The position numbers and the translations under genes are program-made. From Candidatus Eiseniibacteriota bacterium (GTDB lineage: Bacteria; Eisenbacteria; RBG-16-71-46), in assembly GCA_038231135.1 (NCBI GenBank), contig JBBRLX010000001.1, positions 64,001-128,000 on the forward strand: a DNA stretch of 64,000 nucleotides, given 5' to 3'. Below the pieces are notes generated by a model. That model ran no database searches. It saw only the letters and a program-made list of their open reading frames with translations, and was not told the origin of the DNA. Shown in pieces: positions 42,395 through 51,639 of the stretch; positions within the stretch are counted from its first letter, which is position 1, and each line of letters begins with the position of its first letter.

Positions 42395-45078
42395 TGGATG
42401 CGGCGCGTCGCGCCACGTATGGCATCGCCCTCCTCGTCTTCCTCATCGCCGCCACCGTCTACCTGATCACGCTCACGCCTACCGTGCCATTCTGGGACGC
42501 CGGCGAATTCATCGCGGTGTCCAAGATCCTCGGCATCCCGCATCCCCCCGGCACGCCGCTGTACGTGATGCTGGGGCGCATCGCCACGCTGATCCCGTGG
42601 GGCACCGGCGTCAGCGCCTTCGCCCGGCGCGTGAACGCGATGTCGGCGCTGCCGTCGGCGCTCGCCGTGATGTTTACGTATCTGTGCACGCTCAAGTTCG
42701 TGCGTCTCGCGCTGCGCGGTCCGGTGACCGAGCCCGCGCCGCGCGCGGGCCGCCCGTCCGACGCCCCGGTCGCAGACCTCGCGCCGCCGGCGGGCCTGCC
42801 GTGGACCGAGATCATCGCGCAGGTCGGCGGCATCGTCGGCGCCCTGATGCTCGCGTTCTCCGACTCGTTCTGGGAGAACTCGATCGAGGCCGAGGTCTAC
42901 CAGATGATGAGCCTCGGCTCGATCCTGGTGTTCTGGCTCGGCCTGCGCTGGTGGGAGGAGCATGACCGCAAGCCCAACGTGAAATACCTGCTGATCGCCA
43001 CCTACGTGCTGTGGCTGAGCATCGGGTTGCACCTCGGCGTCGGCGTGATGGGCCTGCCGCTGGTGGTGCTGATCGCGCTCGTCGACTGGCGCGTGGCGGT
43101 GCTGTTTGCGATGCCGTTCCTGTCGATCCTGCGCGTGGTCGCCGGCCTCGAGCGCATGGCGGGAGCGGTGCTGATCCTGTCGCTCGGCACGTTCGTGGTG
43201 TGGTACTTCCAGCGCAAGATGCCCGGGCCGCTCGTGCTGCTGAGCGCCGTGGGCACCGCGATCGGCTCCTACTACGCATTCACGGACGCCACGTTCACCC
43301 CGACGGCGGCGGTGCTGTCGGCGCTCGGCGTCATCGGACCGCTGGCGTGGCTCGCGCGCACCCGCAGCGAGGGCCGCATCCTGCTGCTCGCCCTGTTCCT
43401 GATGATCGCGGGCTACTCGACGCATCTCTACCTGCCGATCCGCGCCGCGCAGCACCCCGGCGTGAACGAAGGCGCGCCCGACAACTGGGACAAGCTGCGC
43501 GATCTGCTCGAGCGCAAGCAGTACGGCGAGATGAACATGTTCGTGCGCCGGGCGCCGCTGTCGGTCCAGCTCGACAAGGAATTCTGGCGGTACTTCAGCC
43601 GCCAGTGGCCGCTGTTTCCGACCGGCCGGCTGTGGGGTGTGCTGCTGCCGCTCGCGCTCGGCCTCGCGGGGGCGTGGTGGCTCGGGCGCCGGAATCGAAC
43701 ATCGTTCCTCTACACGTTCGTATTCTTCGGGCTCAATACCGCAGGACTCATCCTGTTCCTCAACTTCAGCGATCACGAGGTGCGGGACCGCGACTACTTC
43801 TACCAGAGCGGCTACCACGCGTACGCGATCTTCATCGGCGTGGGCGCGGCGTGGCTGATCCACTGGGTGCGGGACTCGTTCGACGAGGGATCGGCGCGCC
43901 GCTACCTGACCGCGTTCACCGCGCTGCTGATGCTCGCGATGCCGTTCCTGATGATGAAGACGCTGTGGTTCACGCACGACCGCCGCGGCAACTACGTGGC
44001 CCACGACTACGCCTACAACATGCTGGCGCCGCTGGCGCCGAATTCGTTCGTGTTCACGAACGGCGACAACGACACGTTCCCGCTGTGGTACATGCAGCAG
44101 GTCGAGGACTTCCGCCGTGACGTGCGGGTGGTGAACCTGAGCCTGCTGAACACCGACTGGTACATCCGGCAGCTGCGGGACGAGGAGCCGAAGGTGCCGA
44201 TCCAGCTCGACGACCGCACGGTCGACATGCTCGGGGTCGGCGCGATCCGTGACAGCACCGGCAACATCGTCTACACCAGCCGGTTCATGGTGGATCACAT
44301 CATCCGCCAGGACCGCAAGCCCGACGGCACGTGGAAGAAGCAACCGTACTTCGCCGTCACCGTGCCGGAGCACATGGGGCTCGACAAGAACTTCACGCTC
44401 GAGGGCCTGGTCTACCGCGTGAACCCCGAGTCGACCACCGTCCAGATCGACGAGGCGGTGACCCGCCATTCGCTGTACGACGTGTTCATGTACCGCGGGC
44501 TGTTCAAGCCCGACGGCTCATGGGATCCCGGCGTGTTCAAGGACGAGAACGCCGCGACGCTGTCGCGCAACTACGCAGCGGCGCACCTGCAGCTCGCGTT
44601 CCTGTACCGCAAGCGCGGCCAGCTCGATCGCGGGATCGCCGAGATGGAGCGCGTGGCGCGCATGTTCCCGGACTACACCGACGTGATGGTGCCGCTCGGC
44701 AGCTTCTACATGGACAAGGGCGACACCGCGCGCGCGCTGGCGCTGTTCAAAAAGATCTCGGAACGCAATCCGCAGGACGTCGAGGCGCGCTACTACTACG
44801 GCGTGATCCTGGCGTATCGCGGCAACGTGCCCGAGGCGCTGGCGCAGCTCGACCAGGTGATCCGCACCGATCCCACGTACACGATGGCCTACTACGCGGC
44901 CTACTTCACGCTGTCGGAGCGCGGCGACAAGCAGCGCGCCATGGGATACCTCGAGCGGTGGGTCGAGGCGAACCCCAACGACGCGCAGGCGCAACAGTTG
45001 CTCGAGCAGCAGCGCCGCGCCATGGGGCTGGCGCAGCCGCCGGCCGCGATCCGTCCGCCGGTGCCGAACCTGCCCTAG
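42394..45078 (+). CDS. DUF2723/TMEM260-like GT-C glycosyltransferase with C-terminal TPRs
   Basis: FWDAGEFIA..ILGIPHPPGTPLY, EAEVY, RDRDYFY, FTNGDNDTFPLWY; many TM helices; TPR tail. Confidence 0.9.
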   Translation: MDAARRATYGIALLVFLIAATVYLITLTPTVPFWDAGEFIAVSKILGIPHPPGTPLYVMLGRIATLIPWGTGVSAFARRVNAMSALPSALAVMFTYLCTLKFVRLALRGPVTEPAPRAGRPSDAPVADLAPPAGLPWTEIIAQVGGIVGALMLAFSDSFWENSIEAEVYQMMSLGSILVFWLGLRWWEEHDRKPNVKYLLIATYVLWLSIGLHLGVGVMGLPLVVLIALVDWRVAVLFAMPFLSILRVVAGLERMAGAVLILSLGTFVVWYFQRKMPGPLVLLSAVGTAIGSYYAFTDATFTPTAAVLSALGVIGPLAWLARTRSEGRILLLALFLMIAGYSTHLYLPIRAAQHPGVNEGAPDNWDKLRDLLERKQYGEMNMFVRRAPLSVQLDKEFWRYFSRQWPLFPTGRLWGVLLPLALGLAGAWWLGRRNRTSFLYTFVFFGLNTAGLILFLNFSDHEVRDRDYFYQSGYHAYAIFIGVGAAWLIHWVRDSFDEGSARRYLTAFTALLMLAMPFLMMKTLWFTHDRRGNYVAHDYAYNMLAPLAPNSFVFTNGDNDTFPLWYMQQVEDFRRDVRVVNLSLLNTDWYIRQLRDEEPKVPIQLDDRTVDMLGVGAIRDSTGNIVYTSRFMVDHIIRQDRKPDGTWKKQPYFAVTVPEHMGLDKNFTLEGLVYRVNPESTTVQIDEAVTRHSLYDVFMYRGLFKPDGSWDPGVFKDENAATLSRNYAAAHLQLAFLYRKRGQLDRGIAEMERVARMFPDYTDVMVPLGSFYMDKGDTARALALFKKISERNPQDVEARYYYGVILAYRGNVPEALAQLDQVIRTDPTYTMAYYAAYFTLSERGDKQRAMGYLERWVEANPNDAQAQQLLEQQRRAMGLAQPPAAIRPPVPNLP

Positions 45079-45153
45079 GGTTCGGGCACGGGACCACCTT
45101 AGTCGCGGTCGATCACAGGAGCCCGCCCGTCGCGGCGGCTGGAAAGGAACCGG

Positions 45154-46110
45154 ATGGCGCAACGGCACGCTCTGGTGACGGGGGCGGCGGGGTTCATCGG
45201 CTCGACGCTCACGGAACGCCTGCTCGCGATGGACGTGCGGGTGACGGGCGTCGACCTGTTCACCGACTACTACGATCCGGCGTTCAAGCGCCGCAACGTG
45301 GCGGCGGCCGTGGCGCACCCGAACTTCCGGCTGCTCGAGCTGGACCTGGGTGAAGCCGACCTCGCCGCGCTGCCGGATGCCGACGTGGTGTACCATCAGG
45401 CCGCGCAGCCCGGCGTGCGCGCGTCGTGGGGCGCCGAGTTCGCGGTCTACACGCATCACAACGTGCTCGCGACGCAGCGCCTGCTCGAGCGCTATCGCGG
45501 CACCGCGCTCGAGCGCTTCGTCTACGCGTCGTCGTCGTCGGTGTACGGCGACGCCGAGCAGTACCCCACGTCCGAGACGCTGCTGCCGCGGCCGTTCTCG
45601 CCCTACGGCGTCACCAAGCTCGCGGCCGAGCACCTGGTGCTGCTCTACGGCCGCAACTTCGGCCTGCCGGTGGCGGCGCTGCGCTACTTCACGGTCTACG
45701 GGCCGCGCCAGCGCCCCGACATGGCGTTCCACCGGTTCGCACGCGCGATGCTCAAGGGCGAGCCGATCGTGGTCTACGGCGACGGCACCCAGTCGCGCGA
45801 CTTCACGTTCATCGCCGACGCGGTCGAGGCGAACGTGCGCGCCTGGCAGCGCAGCGCGCCGCAGGGCGTCTACAACGTGGGCGGCGGTTCGCAGGTCGAC
45901 GTGCTGCAGGCGATCGCGATCCTCGAATCCGCGCTGGGCGTGAAGGCCCAGATCGAGTTCCAGCCGCGGCCCCCGGGCGACCCGATGCGCACCCGCGCCG
46001 ACGCCACGCGCATCCGCGCCGATTTCGATTTCGTTCCGGCCACCCCCATCGAACAGGGCCTCGCGGCCGAGGCCGACTGGGCCCGCGAGGTGTACGCGGC
46101 GCGCGTATGA
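45154..46110 (+). CDS. NAD-dependent nucleotide-sugar epimerase/dehydratase (UDP-glucuronate 4-epimerase-like)
   Basis: TGAAGFIGS, AAQPGVR, ASSSSVYG, YGVTK, YGPRQRPDMA. Confidence 0.92.
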   Translation: MAQRHALVTGAAGFIGSTLTERLLAMDVRVTGVDLFTDYYDPAFKRRNVAAAVAHPNFRLLELDLGEADLAALPDADVVYHQAAQPGVRASWGAEFAVYTHHNVLATQRLLERYRGTALERFVYASSSSVYGDAEQYPTSETLLPRPFSPYGVTKLAAEHLVLLYGRNFGLPVAALRYFTVYGPRQRPDMAFHRFARAMLKGEPIVVYGDGTQSRDFTFIADAVEANVRAWQRSAPQGVYNVGGGSQVDVLQAIAILESALGVKAQIEFQPRPPGDPMRTRADATRIRADFDFVPATPIEQGLAAEADWAREVYAARV

Positions 46111-47048
46111 CCGCGTCCTCGATCACTGCTGTCATCCCCGCGTACAACGAGAGCGAGAGCCTCACCGAGCTCCACCGCGAACTGGTGCTGGCGCTCGACG
46201 CGCTCGGCTGCCCGTGGGACGTGGTGTACGTCGACGACGGGTCCCGCGACGGCACCGAAGGGGTGATCGAGGCGCTGTCGGCGAACGACCCGCGGGTCGC
46301 GGGCATCGTGCTGCGGCGGAACTTCGGCAAGTCGGCCGCGCTCGCGACCGGGTTCCGACACGCGCGCGGCGAGTGGATCCTGACGCTCGATGCCGACCTG
46401 CAGGACGACCCCGCCGAGCTGCCGAAGCTCGTCGCCGCGCTCGAGGGCGGGTTCGACCTGGTGTCGGGCTGGAAGGTGAACCGCCAGGATCCGATCACGA
46501 AGACGCTGCCGTCCAAGCTGTTCAACGCCGTCACGTCGGCGGTCGCGGGCATCCGGCTGCACGACTTCAACTGCGGATTCAAGCTGTACCGCCGCGAGGT
46601 GGTCGAGTCGATCGAGGTCTACGGCGAGCTCCACCGGTTCATGCCGGCGCTCGCGCACTGGCGCGGATTCCGCGTGGGCGAGGTCGGCGTGCGCCATCGC
46701 GCCCGGCGGTTCGGCAAGAGCAAGTTCGGGCCGGCGCGGTTCATCAACGGCTTCCTCGACCTCATGGGCGCCGCGTTCATCTCGACGTCGGCGCTCAAGC
46801 CGCTGCACGTGTTCGGCCGCATCGGCATCGCGTTCCTGGTGCTCGGCTGCCTGCCCGGAGTGTTCTTCGTGAGCCAGTGGATCCACCACGAGCCGCTGCG
46901 CGTGCGGCCGCTCATGCTGCTCGGCGTGGGGATGGTGCTCGTCGGCATCCAGTTCGTGCTGATGGGCCTGCTGGGCGAGATGATCGCCCACATGGGCTCG
47001 CGGGTGGACTACCCGATCCGCCGCTACCTGCGCTGCGGGAAGCTGTGA
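46107..47048 (+). CDS. GT2 polyprenol-phosphate glycosyltransferase (ArnC/GtrB-like, two C-terminal TMs)
   Basis: IPAYNE, VDDGSRD, RNFGKSAA, DADLQDDP, HDFNCGFK. Confidence 0.9.
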   Translation: MTASSITAVIPAYNESESLTELHRELVLALDALGCPWDVVYVDDGSRDGTEGVIEALSANDPRVAGIVLRRNFGKSAALATGFRHARGEWILTLDADLQDDPAELPKLVAALEGGFDLVSGWKVNRQDPITKTLPSKLFNAVTSAVAGIRLHDFNCGFKLYRREVVESIEVYGELHRFMPALAHWRGFRVGEVGVRHRARRFGKSKFGPARFINGFLDLMGAAFISTSALKPLHVFGRIGIAFLVLGCLPGVFFVSQWIHHEPLRVRPLMLLGVGMVLVGIQFVLMGLLGEMIAHMGSRVDYPIRRYLRCGKL

Positions 47049-47740
47049 TGCGCGCGTTCATCCTCGCGGGCGGGCAGGGCACGCGGCTCAAGGCGCGGTT
47101 CGGCGACCTGCCGAAGCCGCTGGCGCCGATCGGCGGCGTGCCGTTCCTCGCGCGCCAGCTCGACTGGCTCGCCGGCTACGGTGTGCGCGACGCGGTGCTG
47201 TGCGTCGGCTACGGCGCGGACCAGGTCGAGGCGACGCTCGGCGACGGCCTCGCCCACGGCGTGACGCTGCGCTATTCGGTCGAGGACGAGCCGCTCGGCA
47301 CCGGCGGCGCGCTGGCGCGGGCGCACGGCCTGGTGCTGGGTCCCACGCTGGTCGTGAACGGCGACACGCTGCCGGAGTGCGACCCGTGGGCGATCGAGCG
47401 CGACCGCTGGGAGCGCGGTGCGATCGGTGCGGTCGGGCTGTTCCACGTCGACGACGCGCGGTCGCGCGGCCGCGTCGAGCTCGACGACCGGGGCGCGATC
47501 GCCGCGTTTCGCGAGAAGGACGCGGACGACTCCGGCGGGGCCTGGGTGAACGGCGGCGTATACGCGTTCGACGCCGCGCTGTGGCGCCTGCTGCCCGCGG
47601 GCCCGTCGTCGCTCGAGCGCGACGTGCTGCCGCGGCTCGCGGCGGCCGGCCGGCTGATCGGCCACCGCTCGCCGGGACGGTTCTTCGACATCGGCACGCC
47701 CGAGGACTGGGAGCGCGCGGACCGGGAGCTGACGCGATGA
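47048..47740 (+). CDS. hddC: Sugar-1-phosphate nucleotidyltransferase, HddC-like
   Basis: LAGGQGTRL, PKPLAP, EPLGTGG, NGDT, FFDIGTPED; adjacent to HddA-like kinase. Confidence 0.7.
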   Translation: MRAFILAGGQGTRLKARFGDLPKPLAPIGGVPFLARQLDWLAGYGVRDAVLCVGYGADQVEATLGDGLAHGVTLRYSVEDEPLGTGGALARAHGLVLGPTLVVNGDTLPECDPWAIERDRWERGAIGAVGLFHVDDARSRGRVELDDRGAIAAFREKDADDSGGAWVNGGVYAFDAALWRLLPAGPSSLERDVLPRLAAAGRLIGHRSPGRFFDIGTPEDWERADRELTR

Positions 47741-48765
47741 AGACGCCGCACTACCTGCGCGCGCGTGCGCCGCTGCGGCTGTCGTTCTGCGGCGGCGGCA
47801 CCGACGTGTCGCCGTATCCCGAGGAGCACGGTGGCATGGTGCTGTCGGCGACCATCAACCAGTACGCCTACGCGTCGCTGCGGCCGCGGCGCGATTCGAA
47901 GCTCACGCTCGCGAGCCTCGACTACGACATGCTGGTGAAGTATGCCCACCCGCGGCGCATGCGGCTCGACGGCAACCTCGACCTGATCAAGACGGCGGTG
48001 CGCGCGCTCAAGGTGAAACGCGGCGCCGACCTGTGGTTCCACTCCGACGCCCCGCCCGGCTCCGGGCTCGGTTCGTCGTCGACGCTGTGCGTGGCGCTGA
48101 TCGGCGTGCTCGGCGAGTGGCTGAACAAGTCGTTCACCAGCTACGACGCGGCCGAGCTGGCGTACCGCGTCGAGCGCATCGACCTGGGGCTCGCCGGCGG
48201 CAGGCAGGATCAGTACGCCGCGGCGTTCGGCGGCTTCAACTTCATCGAGTTCAACCCCGACTCGACGGTCGTGAACCCGCTGCGCATCCGGCCGGAGGTC
48301 GTGCTCGAGCTCGAGGCCCGCATGCTGCTGTGCTACATGGGCCAGACCCGGCAGTCGGCGAACATCATCGAGAAGCAGGTGGCGAACTATCGCCGCGGCC
48401 GCGAGGAGACGGTGCGGGCGCTGCACGACCTCAAGCTCCAGACGATCGAGATGAAGAAGGCGCTGCTGCTCGGCGACATGGACGGGTTCGGCGAGCTGCT
48501 GCACGAGGCGTGGGAGCACAAGAAGCAGCTCGAACCCGGCATCTCGACCGGCCACATCGACAAGCTGTACCAGCTCGCCCGCAAGGAGGGCGCGATCGGC
48601 GGCAAGATGCCGGGTGCCGGCGGCGGCGGCTACTTCCTGTTCCTCACGCGCTACGACCGCCAGCACCGCGTCGCCGCCGCGCTCACGAAGCTGGGCGGGC
48701 AGGTGGTCCCGTTCCAATTCGAGCCGCGCGGGCTCCTCAGCTGGTCCGCTCCGCGCTCGCGGTGA
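47737..48765 (+). CDS. hddA: GHMP sugar kinase, D-glycero-D-manno-heptose-7-phosphate kinase-like
   Basis: APLRLSFCGGGTDV, PPGSGLGSSS, GGRQDQYAAAFGGFN, GAGGGG. Confidence 0.8.
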   Translation: MKTPHYLRARAPLRLSFCGGGTDVSPYPEEHGGMVLSATINQYAYASLRPRRDSKLTLASLDYDMLVKYAHPRRMRLDGNLDLIKTAVRALKVKRGADLWFHSDAPPGSGLGSSSTLCVALIGVLGEWLNKSFTSYDAAELAYRVERIDLGLAGGRQDQYAAAFGGFNFIEFNPDSTVVNPLRIRPEVVLELEARMLLCYMGQTRQSANIIEKQVANYRRGREETVRALHDLKLQTIEMKKALLLGDMDGFGELLHEAWEHKKQLEPGISTGHIDKLYQLARKEGAIGGKMPGAGGGGYFLFLTRYDRQHRVAAALTKLGGQVVPFQFEPRGLLSWSAPRSR

Positions 48766-48775
48766 CGGAGCGGCG

Positions 48776-49951
48776 ATGACGCCGCGCCGGCGGATCGCGC
48801 TCGTGGGTCCGCTCGCGCCGTGGCGCGGCGGACTCGCGCAGTACCTGGCGCAGCTCGGCGAGGCGCTGGTCCCGTATGCCGACGTCCAGGGCGTCACGTT
48901 CACGCGCCAGTACCCGGGGCTGCTGTTTCCGGGCGCGAGCCAGCTCGACCCGGCGGCCACGCGGCCGTCGTTCCCGGTGGCGGCGCTGCTCGACACCATC
49001 GATCCCCTGAGCTGGCGCCGCGCCGCCGCGCACCTCGTGCGGCTGGCGCCCGAGGCGATCATCCTCAAGTGGTGGATGCCGTTCTTCGGTCCCGCGTTCG
49101 CGGGCGCCGTGGGCCGGGCCCGCCGCCACGGCTCGCGCGTGGTGCTGGTGTGCGACAACCTGGTGCCGCACGAGCGCCGCCCGCTCGACACGACGTTCAC
49201 GCGCTGGATGCTGCGCCAGTCCGACGGGTTCCTCGTGATGTCGGACGCGGTCGAGCGCGACCTCGACCGGCTGGTGCCGGGCGCCGTGCGCCGCCGCGTC
49301 GCGCACCCGCTCTACGCGCAGTTCGACCAGGGCCGCTGGGAGCGCGCCAGCGCGCGTGCGCGGCTGGGGCTCGCGCCCGACGACGAGGTGGTGCTGTTCT
49401 TCGGCTACGTGCGGCGCTACAAGGGGCTCGATACGCTGCTCGAAGCGTGGCCGCGGGTGCGCGCCCGGCGGCCGCGCGCCGTGCTGGTGGTGGCGGGCGA
49501 GTTCTACGAAGATGCGGGTCCGTACCGGTTGCTGGCGGAGCGCGCGGGGGGCGAGCCCGCGGTGCGGCTGCTCGAGCGCTATCTGCCGGACGAGGAGGTC
49601 GAGGCCGTGTTCAAGGCGGCGGACGTCGTGGTGCTGCCGTACCGCTCGGCCACCCAGAGCGGCGTCACCCACGTCGCCTACGCGCTCGGAGTGCCCGTGA
49701 TCACCACCGACGTCGGAGGACTGGCCGAGACCGTGACGCCCGCGACCGGGCTCGTGGTGCCGCCCGACAACCCCGAGGCGCTCGCCGCCGCGATCGTCCG
49801 CTACTTCGCCGACGGCCTGGGCCCGGCACTGCGCCTGGGCGTGGAACGCGTGCGGTGGCAGCAGTCGTGGGACGTGCTCGCGCGCGAGACGCTGGAGCTG
49901 ATCGACGCGCTCACCCCCGGCCGCGCGCCGGCGGCCGGCGGGGCGCGATGA
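48776..49951 (+). CDS. Glycosyltransferase family 4
   Basis: PWRGG, FFGYVRRYKG, LPYRSATQSG. Confidence 0.9.
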   Translation: MTPRRRIALVGPLAPWRGGLAQYLAQLGEALVPYADVQGVTFTRQYPGLLFPGASQLDPAATRPSFPVAALLDTIDPLSWRRAAAHLVRLAPEAIILKWWMPFFGPAFAGAVGRARRHGSRVVLVCDNLVPHERRPLDTTFTRWMLRQSDGFLVMSDAVERDLDRLVPGAVRRRVAHPLYAQFDQGRWERASARARLGLAPDDEVVLFFGYVRRYKGLDTLLEAWPRVRARRPRAVLVVAGEFYEDAGPYRLLAERAGGEPAVRLLERYLPDEEVEAVFKAADVVVLPYRSATQSGVTHVAYALGVPVITTDVGGLAETVTPATGLVVPPDNPEALAAAIVRYFADGLGPALRLGVERVRWQQSWDVLARETLELIDALTPGRAPAAGGAR

Positions 49952-51639
49952 CGATCGTCGCGTTCCAACCCCTGGACGAGGCGCCGCGCACCGCGCGCTG
50001 GATCGCGGTCGCCGCCCTGCTGCTCTACGTGGTGTCGGGCGGCGGGAGGATCGTGGGCAGCGACGAGGTCACGATGCTCGAGTTGTCGCGCGCGCTGCTG
50101 CACGGCGGGGTCGCGGTGCCGGCGGGCGCGACACTCGACGGCGCGGACGGACGGCACTACACGAAGAACGCCGCGGCGCAGGCGGTGCTGGCGCTGCCGC
50201 TCACGGCGGTCGCCGAGGGCGCGGCCGGCGCCGCCGGGCTCGCGCCCGCGCGCCGGCTGCTGGCCGTGCGGTTCGTCGTGTCGTTCTTCAACGCGCTGGT
50301 GACCGCGCTGCTGCTGGCCGCGTTCTACGTGGCGGCGCGCCGGCTGCGCGTGCGGCCCGGCATCGCGCTCGGGGCCACGGCGCTGCTCGGATTCGCGACC
50401 CCGCTGTGGGTCTACTCCAAGAGCTTCATGGCCGAGCCGCTGCAGGGGCTCGGCTTGCTGCTGGCGCTCGCCGGCTGCGCGGGGGTGGGCGACGACGAGT
50501 CCGCCGGCGCCACGGCGCGCCGGTTTCCCGACCGCTCCGCGCGCGCGGCCGGCATCGGCATGTTCCTGGCCGTGTCGGCCAAGCTCAGCATGCTGCCGCT
50601 CGCGCTCGCGATCGGCGCCGTGCTGCCCGGCCGCCGGCCGGCGGCGTGGCGCGCACCGGTCGTGGGCGTGCTGCTGGCGCTCGCGGGCCACGGGCTCTAC
50701 GACTTCGTCCGGTTCGGCACGCCGTTCGAGACCGGCTACGGCGCCCAGGCCACCACCGCCGCGTACACCACGCCGCTGTGGGTCGGCCTCTATGGGCTGT
50801 TGCTGTCGTCGGGCAAGGGTGTGCTGTGGTTCGCGCCCGCGCTGTGGCTCGCGCTGCCGGTGTGGCTCACCCATGCCGGCGCCTCGGAGCTGCTGCCGCC
50901 GTCGCGCGACGCCGAGGTCCGCGTGCGGCGCGGGCTCGCGAGCCGGCTCTCGCGGCTCGACGCCGAGGCGCGCGTGCGCTGGGGGGCGGCGCTCGCGTGG
51001 CTGGCGGCGCTGTGGCTCTACGGGCGGTTCCAGCACTGGGCGGGTGACGGCTCGTTCGGGCCGCGCTACCTGGTGCCGGTGCTGCCGCTCGCGTTCCTGG
51101 TGGTGGCGCTGGTGCTCGAGCGCGGCTCGCGCGGCGCGCGGCGCTGGGCCATCGTGCTCGGCGTCCTGGGGCTGCTCGTGAACCTCGGCGGCGTCGCGAT
51201 CTATTTCGGCGCCCAGATGCGCGAGGCCGGGGATTATCCGTACCAGCTGCCGCTCGAACACCCGCGCTCGCTGAGCGACAGTCACTTCAATCCGCGCTAC
51301 ACACCGATCGTGGGCCACTGGTCGATGCTGGTGCGCAACCTGGGCGAGCACCTGCACGGCCGCGAACCGCGGCTCGGCGTCGGCGTCGCCGCGTCCGCAC
51401 CGGAATCCACCGCCGCGTCCGCGCCGGAATCCAGCGCCGCCACGACCGCCGCCCGGCTCGGCATCGCCGCGGACGATCAGTCGAAATTGCTGCATGCGCT
51501 GGATTTCTGGTGGCTCTACCTGGGCTACGCGGGATTCCCGCGGCTCCCGGTGTGGGCGCTCGCGGGGGTGCTGAAGCTCGCGGGGCTCGTGGCCGCGTGG
51601 CGGGCATGGCGTTCGGCGCGCGCCGAGGCGCCGGCGTGA
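49948..51639 (+). CDS. Multi-pass membrane protein, probable GT-C (PMT/ArnT-like) transferase
   Basis: N-terminal TM then SDE acidic motif; YSKSFMAEP; RFGTPFETGY; FGPRYLVP. Confidence 0.7.
   Translation: MTIVAFQPLDEAPRTARWIAVAALLLYVVSGGGRIVGSDEVTMLELSRALLHGGVAVPAGATLDGADGRHYTKNAAAQAVLALPLTAVAEGAAGAAGLAPARRLLAVRFVVSFFNALVTALLLAAFYVAARRLRVRPGIALGATALLGFATPLWVYSKSFMAEPLQGLGLLLALAGCAGVGDDESAGATARRFPDRSARAAGIGMFLAVSAKLSMLPLALAIGAVLPGRRPAAWRAPVVGVLLALAGHGLYDFVRFGTPFETGYGAQATTAAYTTPLWVGLYGLLLSSGKGVLWFAPALWLALPVWLTHAGASELLPPSRDAEVRVRRGLASRLSRLDAEARVRWGAALAWLAALWLYGRFQHWAGDGSFGPRYLVPVLPLAFLVVALVLERGSRGARRWAIVLGVLGLLVNLGGVAIYFGAQMREAGDYPYQLPLEHPRSLSDSHFNPRYTPIVGHWSMLVRNLGEHLHGREPRLGVGVAASAPESTAASAPESSAATTAARLGIAADDQSKLLHALDFWWLYLGYAGFPRLPVWALAGVLKLAGLVAAWRAWRSARAEAPA
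51388..51435 (+). repeat. Near-exact 24-nt coding duplication (AASAPEST/AASAPESS)
   Basis: GCCGCGTCCGCACCGGAATCCACC / GCCGCGTCCGCGCCGGAATCCAGC. Confidence 0.85.
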
